NCBI GenBank assembly: GCA_045656205.1
Contig: JAZOQS010000064.1
Location: 1-34,037 of the forward strand
DNA length: 34,037 bases
Source of the DNA: Clostridia bacterium
Lineage (GTDB): Bacteria; Bacillota; Clostridia; RUG12999
Direction of reading: 5' to 3'
The notes below the pieces were generated by a model, which searched no databases, was not told the origin of the DNA, and worked only from the letters and a program-made list of their open reading frames with translations. Position numbers and translations under genes: made by a program. Shown here one piece after another: positions 1-8,700 of this stretch (its first letter is position 1; each line of letters starts with the position of its first letter).

Positions 1-711
1 AAGCACAGGAAGTGCAAGTTTTAAAACATCTTTAAACCCTTCATCTGCAAATCCCTGTTTAAGGCTGTAGGAAAAACCGCGTTTTTTTGCCGGATAAACA
101 AGTATTGTAAACTGCAGGCCCCAGCCGATTAAAAGTGCAGCAGACAGACCGTAAATTCCAAATCTGTCGTTCATGGTGAACAGATACACTATACAAATCA
201 GGTTGGAGATAAGGCTCATAATCGCAGGGATTTTAAACTCGCCGAGCGACTGCAGAATTCCCACAAGTGTGAACGCAAGTCCTGTAAAAATAACAAGCGG
301 GAACATTATCCGCAAAAGCTGAGCTGCAAGCGATGCCGCCTGCTCATCAAGTCCGCCACCCATTACTTTTATAATCTGCGGCGCAAACAAAATGCCAAGC
401 GCAGAAATTAAAATTGTGACAACAAGGATTACATTTAAAAACCTTGATGCAAAAGAGTCCGCACGTTTTCTGCCTTCCCCCTCGGAAAATCTGTTGTAAA
501 CAGGGATAAAAGCAGAGGAAATTGCCGACCCGAGTATCATATCAAAAAAGTTCACCGGGAGTTGGGAAGCCATTGAATAGGCACTGGCAACATAGCCCGT
601 ACCATAAAAAAGTGCAACAGCCGTACCTCTTAAAAGTCCCAGCAATTTTGACAGCAGGATAGCAACAAAGATAAAGCTGACCATTCCTGCGCCCTTTTCT
701 TTTCTGTCCAT
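1..711 (-). CDS. murJ: Lipid II flippase, MurJ/MviN family; 5' portion only (237 codons, gene runs off the window start)
   Basis: The minus-strand frame is open from ATG at 711 to position 1. It is absent from the ORF track because no stop lies in the window. My translation, MDRKEKGAGMVSFIFVAILLSKLLGLLRGTAVALFYGTGYVASAYSMASQLPVNFFDMILGSAISSAFIPVYNRF..., matches the conserved MurJ N-terminus and is polytopic and hydrophobic throughout. Confidence 0.7.
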   Translation of the reverse strand, partial: MDRKEKGAGMVSFIFVAILLSKLLGLLRGTAVALFYGTGYVASAYSMASQLPVNFFDMILGSAISSAFIPVYNRFSEGEGRKRADSFASRFLNVILVVTILISALGILFAPQIIKVMGGGLDEQAASLAAQLLRIMFPLVIFTGLAFTLVGILQSLGEFKIPAIMSLISNLICIVYLFTMNDRFGIYGLSAALLIGWGLQFTILVYPAKKRGFSYSLKQGFADEGFKDVLKLALPVL

Positions 712-712
712 A

Positions 713-1345
713 TTATTTCTGTTCCTTTTTAGCTCCAAGCTTATTTTCAGTACCTTTTATAAGTCTTTTAATGTTTGCTGAATGTCTGATAACAAGCATT
801 GAACCCATCACGAGAGCAAACACTATTTTTGTCACATCAGTTGTATAATAAAGAATTATCCATATAGGATACATTACTCCGCCGGTGATTGAACCGAGCG
901 AAACATATTTAGTCAGTGCCATAACAGTAAGACATGTGAGAACCGTCACACTGCCTATGAGCGGACTCATCATAATAATGATAACTCCCGATGTGAGAAC
1001 ACCTTTTCCGCCTTTGAATCTGAAAAATATGGGGAAATTGTGTCCGAGTGCTATTGAAAATGCGGAAATATAAATGCTGAGCTGTGCAACATATGCCGAA
1101 CCGATGAATTTTGCAAGAAATCTTGCGCAAAGTACACCGATAACTGTTTTGAGCACATCTCCGATCACGGTGAATATTGCCGCTTTTTTGCCCAATACAC
1201 GAAGCGTATTTGTTGCTCCGGCGTTGCCGCTGCCATGCTTTCGTATATCCTTAAGTCCGAACATACGTCCGACAAGTATTGATGAACTGATGCTTCCGAG
1301 AAGATAACAAATAACTGCACTTATAATTAAAATAATGATGTCCAT
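713..1345 (-). CDS. plsY: Glycerol-3-phosphate acyltransferase PlsY
   Basis: 210-aa multi-pass membrane ORF with the PlsY signature region KHGSGNAGATN. ATG at 1345 is preceded by GGAGG. It lies downstream of der, as in many Firmicutes. Confidence 0.9.
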   Translation of the reverse strand: MDIIILIISAVICYLLGSISSSILVGRMFGLKDIRKHGSGNAGATNTLRVLGKKAAIFTVIGDVLKTVIGVLCARFLAKFIGSAYVAQLSIYISAFSIALGHNFPIFFRFKGGKGVLTSGVIIIMMSPLIGSVTVLTCLTVMALTKYVSLGSITGGVMYPIWIILYYTTDVTKIVFALVMGSMLVIRHSANIKRLIKGTENKLGAKKEQK

Positions 1346-1357
1346 ACTGACCTCCGA

Positions 1358-2683
1358 TTAATTATTTTTTTCTCCACGTTCTCTGATAATAAATCTGACA
1401 GGGGTCCCCTCCAGTTCAAACGCGTCCCTTATCTGGTTTTCAAGATATCTGATATATGAAAAATGTGCCAGATCCTTGTTGTTAACGAAAACAACAAATG
1501 TGGGCGGTTTGGTGGAAGGCTGTGTTCCGTAATAAATTTTGAGTCTTTTACCTTTGTCTGACGGTGGCTGAACCTTAAGTGTTGCTTCGTTGATAATATC
1601 GTTGAGCGCACCCGTCTTGATTCTTGTTGCGTGCATTTGGGCAACCTTATCTATTATGGGATAAATTTTATCCACTCTTGACCCTGTTTTCGCCGAAATA
1701 AATTCTATGGGCGCATAGGTCATAAATGAAAGCTGCTCCTGCACACGTTTTTTATATTCGTTCATAGTTCCTGTTTCTTTTGAAACAAGGTCCCATTTAT
1801 TAACAAGAACAATACTTGCCTTGCCCTCTTCGTGAGCATAACCGGCAATTTTCGCGTCCTGCTCGGCAATACCTTCATTGCCGTCTATAACTATAAGACA
1901 GACATCTGCTCTGTCAACCGCTGCAAGTGCACGGATAACGCTGAATTTCTCAATTTTCTCGTCAACCTTGCTTTTGCGTCTGATACCTGCGGTATCAATA
2001 AACAGATATTTTTTTCCGTCCTTTTCAACATATGTGTCAACCGCGTCTCTTGTTGTTCCGGGAATATTACTTACAATAACTCTTTCCTCCCCGACAACAC
2101 GGTTGATGAGCGAAGATTTTCCGGCATTCGGACGGCCTATTACCGCAACGCGGATAATATCGTCATCCCCGTCCGCTTCTTCCTCTTCGGGGAAATAGTT
2201 AAATGCTTCGTCAAGAAGGTCACCAAGTCCCAGACTCTGGAGTGCAGAAACTGCAACCGGGTCACCGAGACCGAGATTGTAAAATTCATAAAAATCGGGA
2301 GGAAGTTCGCCGACCTTATCCGTTTTGTTAACCGCAACAACAACAGGTTTTTTTGACTTCTGCAGCATTGATGCAATTTCCGCATCCGCCGCGGTAACAC
2401 CTGTTTTAAGGTCAACAACAAAAATGGTAACATGGGCAAGTTCAATTGCCGCTTGTGCCTGACGGCGCATGTTTACCAGTAGCTCGTCCGATTCCTTGGG
2501 TTCAATACCACCCGTATCTATCATAAGAAACTGCCTGCCCCGCCATTCCGCGTCCGCATAAATCCTGTCACGCGTTACGCCGGGAGTGTCCTCAACAATG
2601 GACACTTTTTTGCCGACAAGTCTGTTAAAAAGGGAGGATTTTCCTACGTTAGGTCTCCCTACAATTGCAACTATTGGCTTCAT
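1358..2683 (-). CDS. der: Ribosome-associated GTPase Der/EngA
   Basis: Two tandem GTPase domains with P-loops GRPNVGKSSLFN and GRPNAGKSSLIN, plus a KH-like C-terminus. The start was trimmed from the track value 2719 to ATG 2683 (MKPIVAIVG), which has GGAGG 5 nt upstream. Confidence 0.93.
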   Translation of the reverse strand: MKPIVAIVGRPNVGKSSLFNRLVGKKVSIVEDTPGVTRDRIYADAEWRGRQFLMIDTGGIEPKESDELLVNMRRQAQAAIELAHVTIFVVDLKTGVTAADAEIASMLQKSKKPVVVAVNKTDKVGELPPDFYEFYNLGLGDPVAVSALQSLGLGDLLDEAFNYFPEEEEADGDDDIIRVAVIGRPNAGKSSLINRVVGEERVIVSNIPGTTRDAVDTYVEKDGKKYLFIDTAGIRRKSKVDEKIEKFSVIRALAAVDRADVCLIVIDGNEGIAEQDAKIAGYAHEEGKASIVLVNKWDLVSKETGTMNEYKKRVQEQLSFMTYAPIEFISAKTGSRVDKIYPIIDKVAQMHATRIKTGALNDIINEATLKVQPPSDKGKRLKIYYGTQPSTKPPTFVVFVNNKDLAHFSYIRYLENQIRDAFELEGTPVRFIIRERGEKNN

Positions 2684-2764
2684 AGAAACCTCCAATCTGC
2701 CGGACCTTTTCCGGCTCACTGTTTTAAGTAGTAGCTTAGGTTTTTTCCAACTTATAATTATACC

Positions 2765-4081
2765 TTATTTTCCCTCATTTGTCAACTTTTGTACAAGTAA
2801 TACACCATCGCAGTCCACAGCCTCAATTTTTACATTTAAAGCCTTCGCAAGGTCATCGGTTGACACATCATCCAGCATGACATTTTCACCGTCACGGAGC
2901 ATTGAACTTGAGATGTAAAGTGTGTCGCCCAGCTCTTTGCCTTCAAGCTGCGAAATGAGGTCTTTTCCGCATAAAAGTCCGGCAACGGTTATTTTTTCTC
3001 CGAACACATTGTTTTTAATCTCATACACGTTTATTTTAAGGCCTTTTGCCTTTTCTTCCAGTCTTTTTGCAAGTCCTGATAAAAACTCGTATGCCGCAAC
3101 TCCCGTTGCCATGCTGACCGTTCTTTCTTTCTTTAACGGTTTAACATTTTCTATCTCAAATTCAAACTCATCTTTCATTGACGAAATAAGACCAACACCA
3201 TTTTCAATCTGCGGAAAATCTTCATATTCTTCCACATCGGGAATGGGCATTTCCGCATTCAGATAAAATTCGTCCGCAAGATAAATTATTCTTGTACCAA
3301 AGTCTTTCAAGAACTTATTCTGCCACACGGAAACCTGATTGATAACTTCCGCAGAGGACTCTTTGTCAAAAGGTTTCAGGTCAAAAAGGTCTTCCCTGTG
3401 GTCGGTAAGACCGACGGGAACAACTGATACAGAATATATGTGCGGATAAAGTCCGCCAAGCGTTTTTATTGTATCATCAAGGACTTTTCCGTCATTTATT
3501 CCGCGGCAAAGGACTATCTGGCAGTTCATAACTATCCCTGCTTCGGCAAACCTTTTCATTCTGTCAACCACATTGCCGGCATTTTTGTTGCCCATCATAA
3601 ACTTTCTGACCTCGGGGTCTGTTGCGTGGACAGATATGTTAACCGGGCTAACTCTCGTTGCGCAAAGTCTTTCTATATCCGCGTCACTTAAATTTGTGAG
3701 CGTAACATAGTTGCCGTGCAGAAAAGAAAGTCTTGAATCGTCGTCTTTGAAATAGAGAGTTTTTCTCATCCCCTCGGGCAACTGGTCAATAAAACAGAAA
3801 ATACATTTATTGGCGCAGGCACGGGCAGGTCCAAGCAAGGGATATTCAAACTCAATGCCCAAATCCTCATATTCATCTTTTTCTATTTCAATAATCTCGG
3901 TATCCCCGCCGGCTTTTAAAATTTCAACCTCAAGCTCTTCGGCGGCACAAAGAAATTTATACTGAAGTATATCTTCCACTGCCGTCCCGTCTATTTTATC
4001 AAGGATATCTCCCGGCATAATGCCTGCTTCCTCGGCAATACTTCCCTGTTCAACACCGATAATTTTATTATATTTTCTCAT
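2765..4081 (-). CDS. DUF512-family protein with an N-terminal PDZ-like domain and a radical-SAM CX3CX2C motif
   Basis: PDZ-like N-terminus (GSIAEEAGIMPGDILDKIDG). The motif C-ANK-C-IF-C is encoded at nt 3794-3817. The gene sits immediately upstream of der, the usual DUF512 context in Clostridia. The start was trimmed to ATG 4081 (MRKYNK), with GGAGAA 7 nt upstream; the track ORF extends to 4120. Confidence 0.75.
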   Translation of the reverse strand: MRKYNKIIGVEQGSIAEEAGIMPGDILDKIDGTAVEDILQYKFLCAAEELEVEILKAGGDTEIIEIEKDEYEDLGIEFEYPLLGPARACANKCIFCFIDQLPEGMRKTLYFKDDDSRLSFLHGNYVTLTNLSDADIERLCATRVSPVNISVHATDPEVRKFMMGNKNAGNVVDRMKRFAEAGIVMNCQIVLCRGINDGKVLDDTIKTLGGLYPHIYSVSVVPVGLTDHREDLFDLKPFDKESSAEVINQVSVWQNKFLKDFGTRIIYLADEFYLNAEMPIPDVEEYEDFPQIENGVGLISSMKDEFEFEIENVKPLKKERTVSMATGVAAYEFLSGLAKRLEEKAKGLKINVYEIKNNVFGEKITVAGLLCGKDLISQLEGKELGDTLYISSSMLRDGENVMLDDVSTDDLAKALNVKIEAVDCDGVLLVQKLTNEGK

Positions 4082-4092
4082 AGCAATCTTCT

Positions 4093-4130
4093 CCAAAACA
4101 AAAGGGGTTTTGCGTCCCACAAAACCCCTC
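4093..4130 (-). terminator. Rho-independent terminator downstream of rpmF
   Basis: The minus-strand RNA reads AGGGGUUUUG-(7-nt loop)-CAAAACCCCU, a perfect 10-bp stem at 4103-4112 / 4120-4129, followed by UUUUGUUUUGG. Confidence 0.8.
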
Positions 4131-4136
4131 TGTTAT

Positions 4137-4322
4137 TTACGCTTCTTCAGCAGTTTTAACAACTTCTTTGCCGTTGTAATATCCACAGGCTTTGCAAACT
4201 CTGTGCGGCATTTTGTACTCGTGACACTGCGGACATTCTACCATGCCCGGAATCAGGAGCTTCCAGTTAGCTCTTCTTTTGTCTCTTCTTGCTTTAGATG
4301 TTTTTCTCTTCGGTACTGCCAT
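4137..4322 (-). CDS. rpmF: 50S ribosomal protein L32
   Basis: 61-aa ORF starting [22 protein letters not shown], with a CPxC...CxxC zinc-ribbon pattern. GGAGG lies upstream. Confidence 0.95.
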   Translation of the reverse strand: MAVPKRKTSKARRDKRRANWKLLIPGMVECPQCHEYKMPHRVCKACGYYNGKEVVKTAEEA

Positions 4323-4359
4323 GCCCGAACACCTCCTCGTAAAATTTGAACTATATTAT

Positions 4360-4854
4360 TTACCTGAACAAATTGTTAAGTACATCGAACCTTGGGTCTG
4401 TCACATCATCGTCACATCCGCAATCGACGTTGTTCCTGTCTGCACCGCAGTGCGGGCAGAGACCCTTACAGTCTTCTTTGCACAGATATTTCATCGGAGA
4501 TACTGTAATAAAATTGTTCAGCGCCAGGTCCGCAACATCAACCACCGAGCTTTCAAGGAGTATAACGTCATCCTCCTCGGCTGCGGCTTCCCTGCTGACT
4601 CTTTCGGAAAACTTAAAGTCCACATCTTCAAATATTTCCTTGGTGCATCTCGCACAATCAGCTGAAATCCTCGTTGTAACATGTGCCGATATTTCTACCT
4701 GACCGCCAATATTCTCCGCTCTGCCTTTTATATGCACGGGACAAACAAAGGTCACATCAAGCCCCGACAGGCTTTCCCTGTCAAACTCTGTGTCTCCTTC
4801 AAAATCCATCGCAGCTCTGCTGCCGCTTAAAATATCAATAAGTTCGAGCTTCAC
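4360..4854 (-). CDS. DUF177 (YceD/YlbN family) protein, the usual rpmF-upstream partner
   Basis: 164-aa acidic ORF with a C-terminal CxxxCxGLCxxCGxxxN cluster typical of DUF177. It starts at GTG 4854 with GGAGG 6 nt upstream and has conserved synteny with rpmF. Confidence 0.8.
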   Translation of the reverse strand: MKLELIDILSGSRAAMDFEGDTEFDRESLSGLDVTFVCPVHIKGRAENIGGQVEISAHVTTRISADCARCTKEIFEDVDFKFSERVSREAAAEEDDVILLESSVVDVADLALNNFITVSPMKYLCKEDCKGLCPHCGADRNNVDCGCDDDVTDPRFDVLNNLFR

Positions 4855-4895
4855 TGCCTACCTCCGCTTATAAAAGTTCACAGACATATAGATAT

Positions 4896-4924
4896 ATTAT
4901 ATCTTCAATTTACCCTTTTGTCAA
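4896..4924 (-). promoter_or_regulatory. Consensus sigma-A promoter for the DUF177-rpmF operon
   Basis: The minus strand reads TTGACA (4924-4919), an exact 17-nt spacer, then TATAAT (4901-4896). This is about 40 nt upstream of the GTG start. Confidence 0.7.
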
Positions 4925-4982
4925 TACAAAATTAAACAATTTTTATCAGCCGTTGCCATCTTATTTTTATAATCTTTGCCAA

Positions 4983-5897
4983 TTATTTGATTTTATCCAT
5001 ATTATAAGGCGTAATCTGATATACATAGTAGTTGAGCCAGTTAGAAAACAAAAGCGCCGAATGACTGCGCCAGGACACAACCGGTTGTTTTGCCGGATTA
5101 TTGTCCGGATAATAATTTTCCGGCATGTTTATATCAAGTCCTTTGTCAAGGTCACGCATATATTCTTCGTGAAGCGTGAGGGCATCATATTCCGAATGCC
5201 CCGTTACGAAAAACTGTTTTCCGCCTTTGGAGCCCGCAATATAAACACCTGCTTTTTCGCTTTCCGCATAAATGCGGAGTTTGGCTTCAAGAACATCCTC
5301 TCTTTTAACAGTTGTATATCTTGAATGAGGAGCAAAAAACTCATCATCATAGCCGCGCAAAAGCTTGGAATTTTTCCTCGCAACCCTATGTTTGTAAATG
5401 CCCGAAAGCTTCTGCTCAAGCGGAAATTTGTTTATACCATAATGATAATACATTGCCGCCTGCGCTCCCCAGCAGATGTGGAATGTGCTTGTTACATTTG
5501 TTTTTGTCCATTCAAAAATTTCACAAAGCTCGTCCCAGTAATCAACCTCTTCAAAAGGCATTTTTTCAACGGGCGCACCGGTGATTATCATTCCGTCATA
5601 TTTATTGTGTTTAACATCGGGAAAAGTATTATAAAAATGAAGAAGATGTTCTTCGGAAGTATTTTTAGACTGATGTCCGCTCGGACGCACAAGGTCAATC
5701 TCCACCTGAAGCGGAGTGTTACTGAGCAGTCTGAGAAGCTGGGTTTCCGTCGTGATTTTTTTCGGCATAAGATTTAAAATCAAAATCCTCAGCGGACGGA
5801 TATCCTGACTCGCGGCTCTGCGCTGGGACATGACAAATATATTCTCACTCTGAAGAACTTTTCTGGCAGGTAACTCATTTGAAATTGTAATTGGCAT
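4983..5897 (-). CDS. metA: Homoserine O-acyltransferase, MetA family (acetyl versus succinyl specificity cannot be decided from sequence alone)
   Basis: Classic MetA N-terminus: [23 protein letters not shown]...[14 protein letters not shown]. The start was trimmed to ATG 5897, with GGAGAGG upstream; the track ORF starts at 5906. Confidence 0.9.
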   Translation of the reverse strand: MPITISNELPARKVLQSENIFVMSQRRAASQDIRPLRILILNLMPKKITTETQLLRLLSNTPLQVEIDLVRPSGHQSKNTSEEHLLHFYNTFPDVKHNKYDGMIITGAPVEKMPFEEVDYWDELCEIFEWTKTNVTSTFHICWGAQAAMYYHYGINKFPLEQKLSGIYKHRVARKNSKLLRGYDDEFFAPHSRYTTVKREDVLEAKLRIYAESEKAGVYIAGSKGGKQFFVTGHSEYDALTLHEEYMRDLDKGLDINMPENYYPDNNPAKQPVVSWRSHSALLFSNWLNYYVYQITPYNMDKIK

Positions 5898-5941
5898 TTG
5901 CCGCACCTCTCCTTCTTTTAATTTTAATGAATATATTTGAT

Positions 5942-5970
5942 ATTATATCAAAAAATAACCGGGATAGCAA
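5942..5970 (-). promoter_or_regulatory. Predicted sigma-A promoter of metA with an extended -10
   Basis: The minus strand reads TTGCTA (5970-5965), a 17-nt spacer, then TGATATAAT (-10 at 5947-5942). The leader to the ATG is only about 40 nt. Confidence 0.6.
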
Positions 5971-6004
5971 TAGATAAAAAAATTTTATTTTAAGGAGTGA
6001 AAAA

Positions 6005-6682
6005 ATGTCTGAACACAACGAAAATAACGAAAACAAAAATTTAAAAGATTTCGGGTCAATGAACATAAAAGGCAAACACGGAAATATTTTCTGCATTTCA
6101 ATCATTGGTCAGATTGAGGGGCATATCGAACTGCCGGGCGACAATAAAACAACAAAATATGAACATCTTATCCCGCTTATCGTCGCAATCGAAGAAGACG
6201 AAAATATTGACGGTGCTTTGGTTCTTTTAAACACTATGGGCGGTGATGTTGAGGCAGGGCTTGCAATTTCCGAGCTTATCGCCGGGATGAGCAAACCCAC
6301 CGTTTCTCTTGTTCTTGGCGGCGGTCACAGCATCGGAGTCCCTCTTGCCGTTGCCGCAGACTATTCTTTTATAGCCCCGTCTGCCACGATGACAATCCAT
6401 CCGGTCAGGACTACCGGTACGGTAATCAGCATTTCCCAGTCTTTTGACTATCTTTTAAAAATGCAGGAGCGTGTGCTTAATTTTATCGTAGAGCATTCGG
6501 ATATCAAAAAAGAAAAGTTGACCGAGCTTATGCTTGCGACCTCAAACCTCGCCAACGACGCCGGAACAGTCATTTACGGTTCGCAGGCGGTGGAATACGG
6601 GCTTATGAATGAAACCGGAAAGGTGTCTGATGCACTGGATAAACTTCAGCAGCTTATAAAGGAGAAAAAGAGCGAAAATTAA
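6005..6682 (+). CDS. tepA: ClpP-family protease-like protein, TepA (translocation-enhancing protein) type
   Basis: The 225-aa ORF has long blocks that I recognise from B. subtilis TepA/YmfB: [72 protein letters not shown] lies upstream. Confidence 0.8.
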   Translation: MSEHNENNENKNLKDFGSMNIKGKHGNIFCISIIGQIEGHIELPGDNKTTKYEHLIPLIVAIEEDENIDGALVLLNTMGGDVEAGLAISELIAGMSKPTVSLVLGGGHSIGVPLAVAADYSFIAPSATMTIHPVRTTGTVISISQSFDYLLKMQERVLNFIVEHSDIKKEKLTELMLATSNLANDAGTVIYGSQAVEYGLMNETGKVSDALDKLQQLIKEKKSEN

Positions 6683-6694
6683 TTTCGCTCTTTT
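6666..6694. terminator. Possible bidirectional terminator between the convergent tepA and HAD genes
   Basis: 12-bp stem AAAAGAGCGAAA / TTTCGCTCTTTT with a 5-nt loop. It spans both stop codons and has an A-tract on one side and a T-tract on the other. The GC core is short. Confidence 0.45.
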
Positions 6695-7335
6695 AATATT
6701 ATTTCAGCAACATCTTCCGGAGTTTGTGCTATAAAATCCGCTCCGGTATTTTCAAGTTCGTTTCCCTGGGCATAGCCGTATTTTACGCCGATGGATAAAA
6801 TTTCCGCCTCTTTTGCACCTTCTATATCCTGATACCTGTCCCCCACCATTACAATCTGATGTGGCAAAGCCGGAGGAAGTGCCGCAAGGGCATCGTCTAT
6901 AATTTGTTTTTTTGTATGTTTTGTTCCCTCAAGGTCGCTTCCGCAAATTGCCGAAAAGTACTTTTTAAGTTCAAACCTTTCAAGAATCTTGTCCACAAAA
7001 ACAAGCGGTTTTAAACTTGCCACAGCAAGTGTGCATCCTGCACTTTTTAAACTCTCCAGCATCTGCACAACCCCGTCATACACCCTGTTTTCAAACATAC
7101 CGACGGTGGAAAATCGCTCCCGGTATTTTTTCAGGGCAAACTCCGCCTCTTCCTTTGTCATATCAAATCTGCGGATAAAAGAATCAACAAGCGGCGGACC
7201 GATAAAATCCAGAAGTTTTTCCTTTTCCGGAGGTGTTATATCCATACATTTCAGCGCGTGCTGAACACAGCCCGTTATTCCCTCTTTCGGGTCTGTGAGT
7301 GTCCCGTCAAGGTCGAACAATACATATTTAAACAT
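6679..7335 (-). CDS. HAD-IA family hydrolase (phosphoglycolate phosphatase / 5'-nucleotidase-like)
   Basis: HAD motif I is FDLDGTLTD at the N-terminus. Motif IV is [13 protein letters not shown] near the C-terminus. Length is 218 aa. Confidence 0.85.
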   Translation of the reverse strand: MFKYVLFDLDGTLTDPKEGITGCVQHALKCMDITPPEKEKLLDFIGPPLVDSFIRRFDMTKEEAEFALKKYRERFSTVGMFENRVYDGVVQMLESLKSAGCTLAVASLKPLVFVDKILERFELKKYFSAICGSDLEGTKHTKKQIIDDALAALPPALPHQIVMVGDRYQDIEGAKEAEILSIGVKYGYAQGNELENTGADFIAQTPEDVAEIILKERN

Positions 7336-7336
7336 A

Positions 7337-8599
7337 TTATTTCTCCGTTACAATCATATCTTTCATTCTTAAAAGAGTGAGTCTTCTTCTCATATATGGC
7401 GAATAGTTCATGCAGTCAAAAAAGAGCTTTTCGTCTTTTCCTATATCAGCTACCGTCAGTTTGCATCCCGCTTTTTTCATAGCCTCAAGGCACTCCTGAT
7501 AAGACGGTACACTGCGGATAATTTTCACAATCTCGCCCCAGCTTTCCTTAAGTTTTACGGGGTCAACCAAATCGGTTATTGTGTCGGGAGTGTTGAGTTT
7601 TTTAACATCTTCAGCCATATTGCCGTAAAATGCATAAATATCTTCCCAGTCAACATTTTCTTTTTTCGTGTCGATTGTTTCATTTTTCGCAAGAGCATTG
7701 TAATATTTCAATGTTTCAAGCGTTCCAACGCCAACATCGTCACCATGATAGTTCGGGATTATGTTGTCGCGGAGCTCAACACATTCCATAAGGTGTGAAA
7801 TTATATGCTCCGCTCCACTTGCAGGACGGGAATTCTGCGCAAAGCTCATACCTATTCCCGTTTTTAAAAGTGCTTCAAATATTTTACCGGCAGTATGCTC
7901 GTCGTTTACGGTTACCTTGTCTGCCAGTTCCATAAGTTCGTCAACGGCAGTTCTTGTCAGCGAAGCTATTTTTTCGCAGTAATATTCTCCGGTTAAAAGG
8001 GTTGAAATTTTCCAGTCAACAAGACCCACATATTTGGCAATCATATCTCCAAAGCCTGCCGATTTAAGCTCAGTCGGTGCATTTGCCAGAATTTTCGTGT
8101 CACCGATGATAACTTCCGGGCTTTTTGCGTCATAACTGAGTTTGAAACCATTAGCTACGATTGGCGCTCCGTAAGACGCAAACCCGTCCATTGATGGAGC
8201 TGTCGCAAAAATGCAGAGCAGCTTGTCCTGTCTTGCAGCAGCAAGACGGCAGGGGTCGTTAACACTGCCGGAGCCGACCGACAAAATAGAAATATCTCTG
8301 CCTCTTACAAGAGCTTCAAGTTCTTCAACGTGCTCAATTGTAGCAACACGGATGTTGTCATAAATTTTATATTCAATGTCAAATCCGTCAAGGCTTTCCA
8401 CAATGCCCTCGGAAGCCTTAAGTGTATTTTTATCTGCAACAAGAAGCAACTTTTTTGAAAAGTTGTTTTTCTTTAAAATTTCACCCACACTATTTACAAG
8501 TCCCGATGCAATTTGCACATCACGTATAGCGGTTTGATGCACCTTTCCGCAGGAACATGGCTTTTTAAAATCTTCAATTATATTAAGTATATCAGACAT
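7337..8599 (-). CDS. Iron-containing alcohol dehydrogenase superfamily protein, sn-glycerol-1-phosphate dehydrogenase-like (AraM/EgsA-type)
   Basis: About 420 aa with the family Gly-rich nucleotide region (SVGSGSVNDP) and a His cluster (GAEHIISH...YHGD). The overall layout resembles bacterial AraM-type proteins. The start was trimmed to ATG 8599 (MSDILN), with GAGGTG upstream; the track starts at 8620. Confidence 0.55.
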   Translation of the reverse strand: MSDILNIIEDFKKPCSCGKVHQTAIRDVQIASGLVNSVGEILKKNNFSKKLLLVADKNTLKASEGIVESLDGFDIEYKIYDNIRVATIEHVEELEALVRGRDISILSVGSGSVNDPCRLAAARQDKLLCIFATAPSMDGFASYGAPIVANGFKLSYDAKSPEVIIGDTKILANAPTELKSAGFGDMIAKYVGLVDWKISTLLTGEYYCEKIASLTRTAVDELMELADKVTVNDEHTAGKIFEALLKTGIGMSFAQNSRPASGAEHIISHLMECVELRDNIIPNYHGDDVGVGTLETLKYYNALAKNETIDTKKENVDWEDIYAFYGNMAEDVKKLNTPDTITDLVDPVKLKESWGEIVKIIRSVPSYQECLEAMKKAGCKLTVADIGKDEKLFFDCMNYSPYMRRRLTLLRMKDMIVTEK

Positions 8600-8665
8600 T
8601 TTTGTCACCTCGGTATACATTATAACACCAATTCAGCCCGATATCAACAATCCTTTTTACTTTTT

Positions 8666-8700
8666 ATAAAAAATCCGGGGCGTCATCTGACACCCCGGAT
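8666..8700 (-). terminator. Rho-independent terminator closing the phage-like operon
   Basis: The minus-strand RNA reads AUCCGGGG-(12-nt loop)-CCCCGGAU followed by UUUUUAU. The 5' arm and loop overlap the last endolysin codons and its TGA (8683-8685). Confidence 0.8.

Noticed and set aside
2684-2719. The ORF track gives N-terminal extensions for der (2719), DUF512 (4120), metA (5906), the G1PDH-like gene (8620), the stopper-like gene (16189), the chaperone (15135), portal (19739), rnfG (22211), rnfE (22743), rnfB (23984) and ftsY (30373).
   Set aside because: In each case an internal ATG is preceded by a well-spaced GGAGG-type SD and yields the conserved family N-terminus. The upstream extension overlaps the previous gene or lacks an SD.
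2684-2764. A small hairpin GCCGGA-AAAGG-UCCGGC and a TATAAT lie between DUF512 and der. I considered them a possible terminator and promoter.
   Set aside because: The stem is only 6 bp with no U-tract, and the TATAAT has no acceptable -35 at 16-18 nt. The evidence is insufficient to call either feature.
5898-6004. I looked for a SAM (S-box) riboswitch or T-box leader upstream of metA.
   Set aside because: Only about 40 nt lie between the predicted -10 box and the ATG, with no terminator/antiterminator helices. This is not enough sequence for either element.
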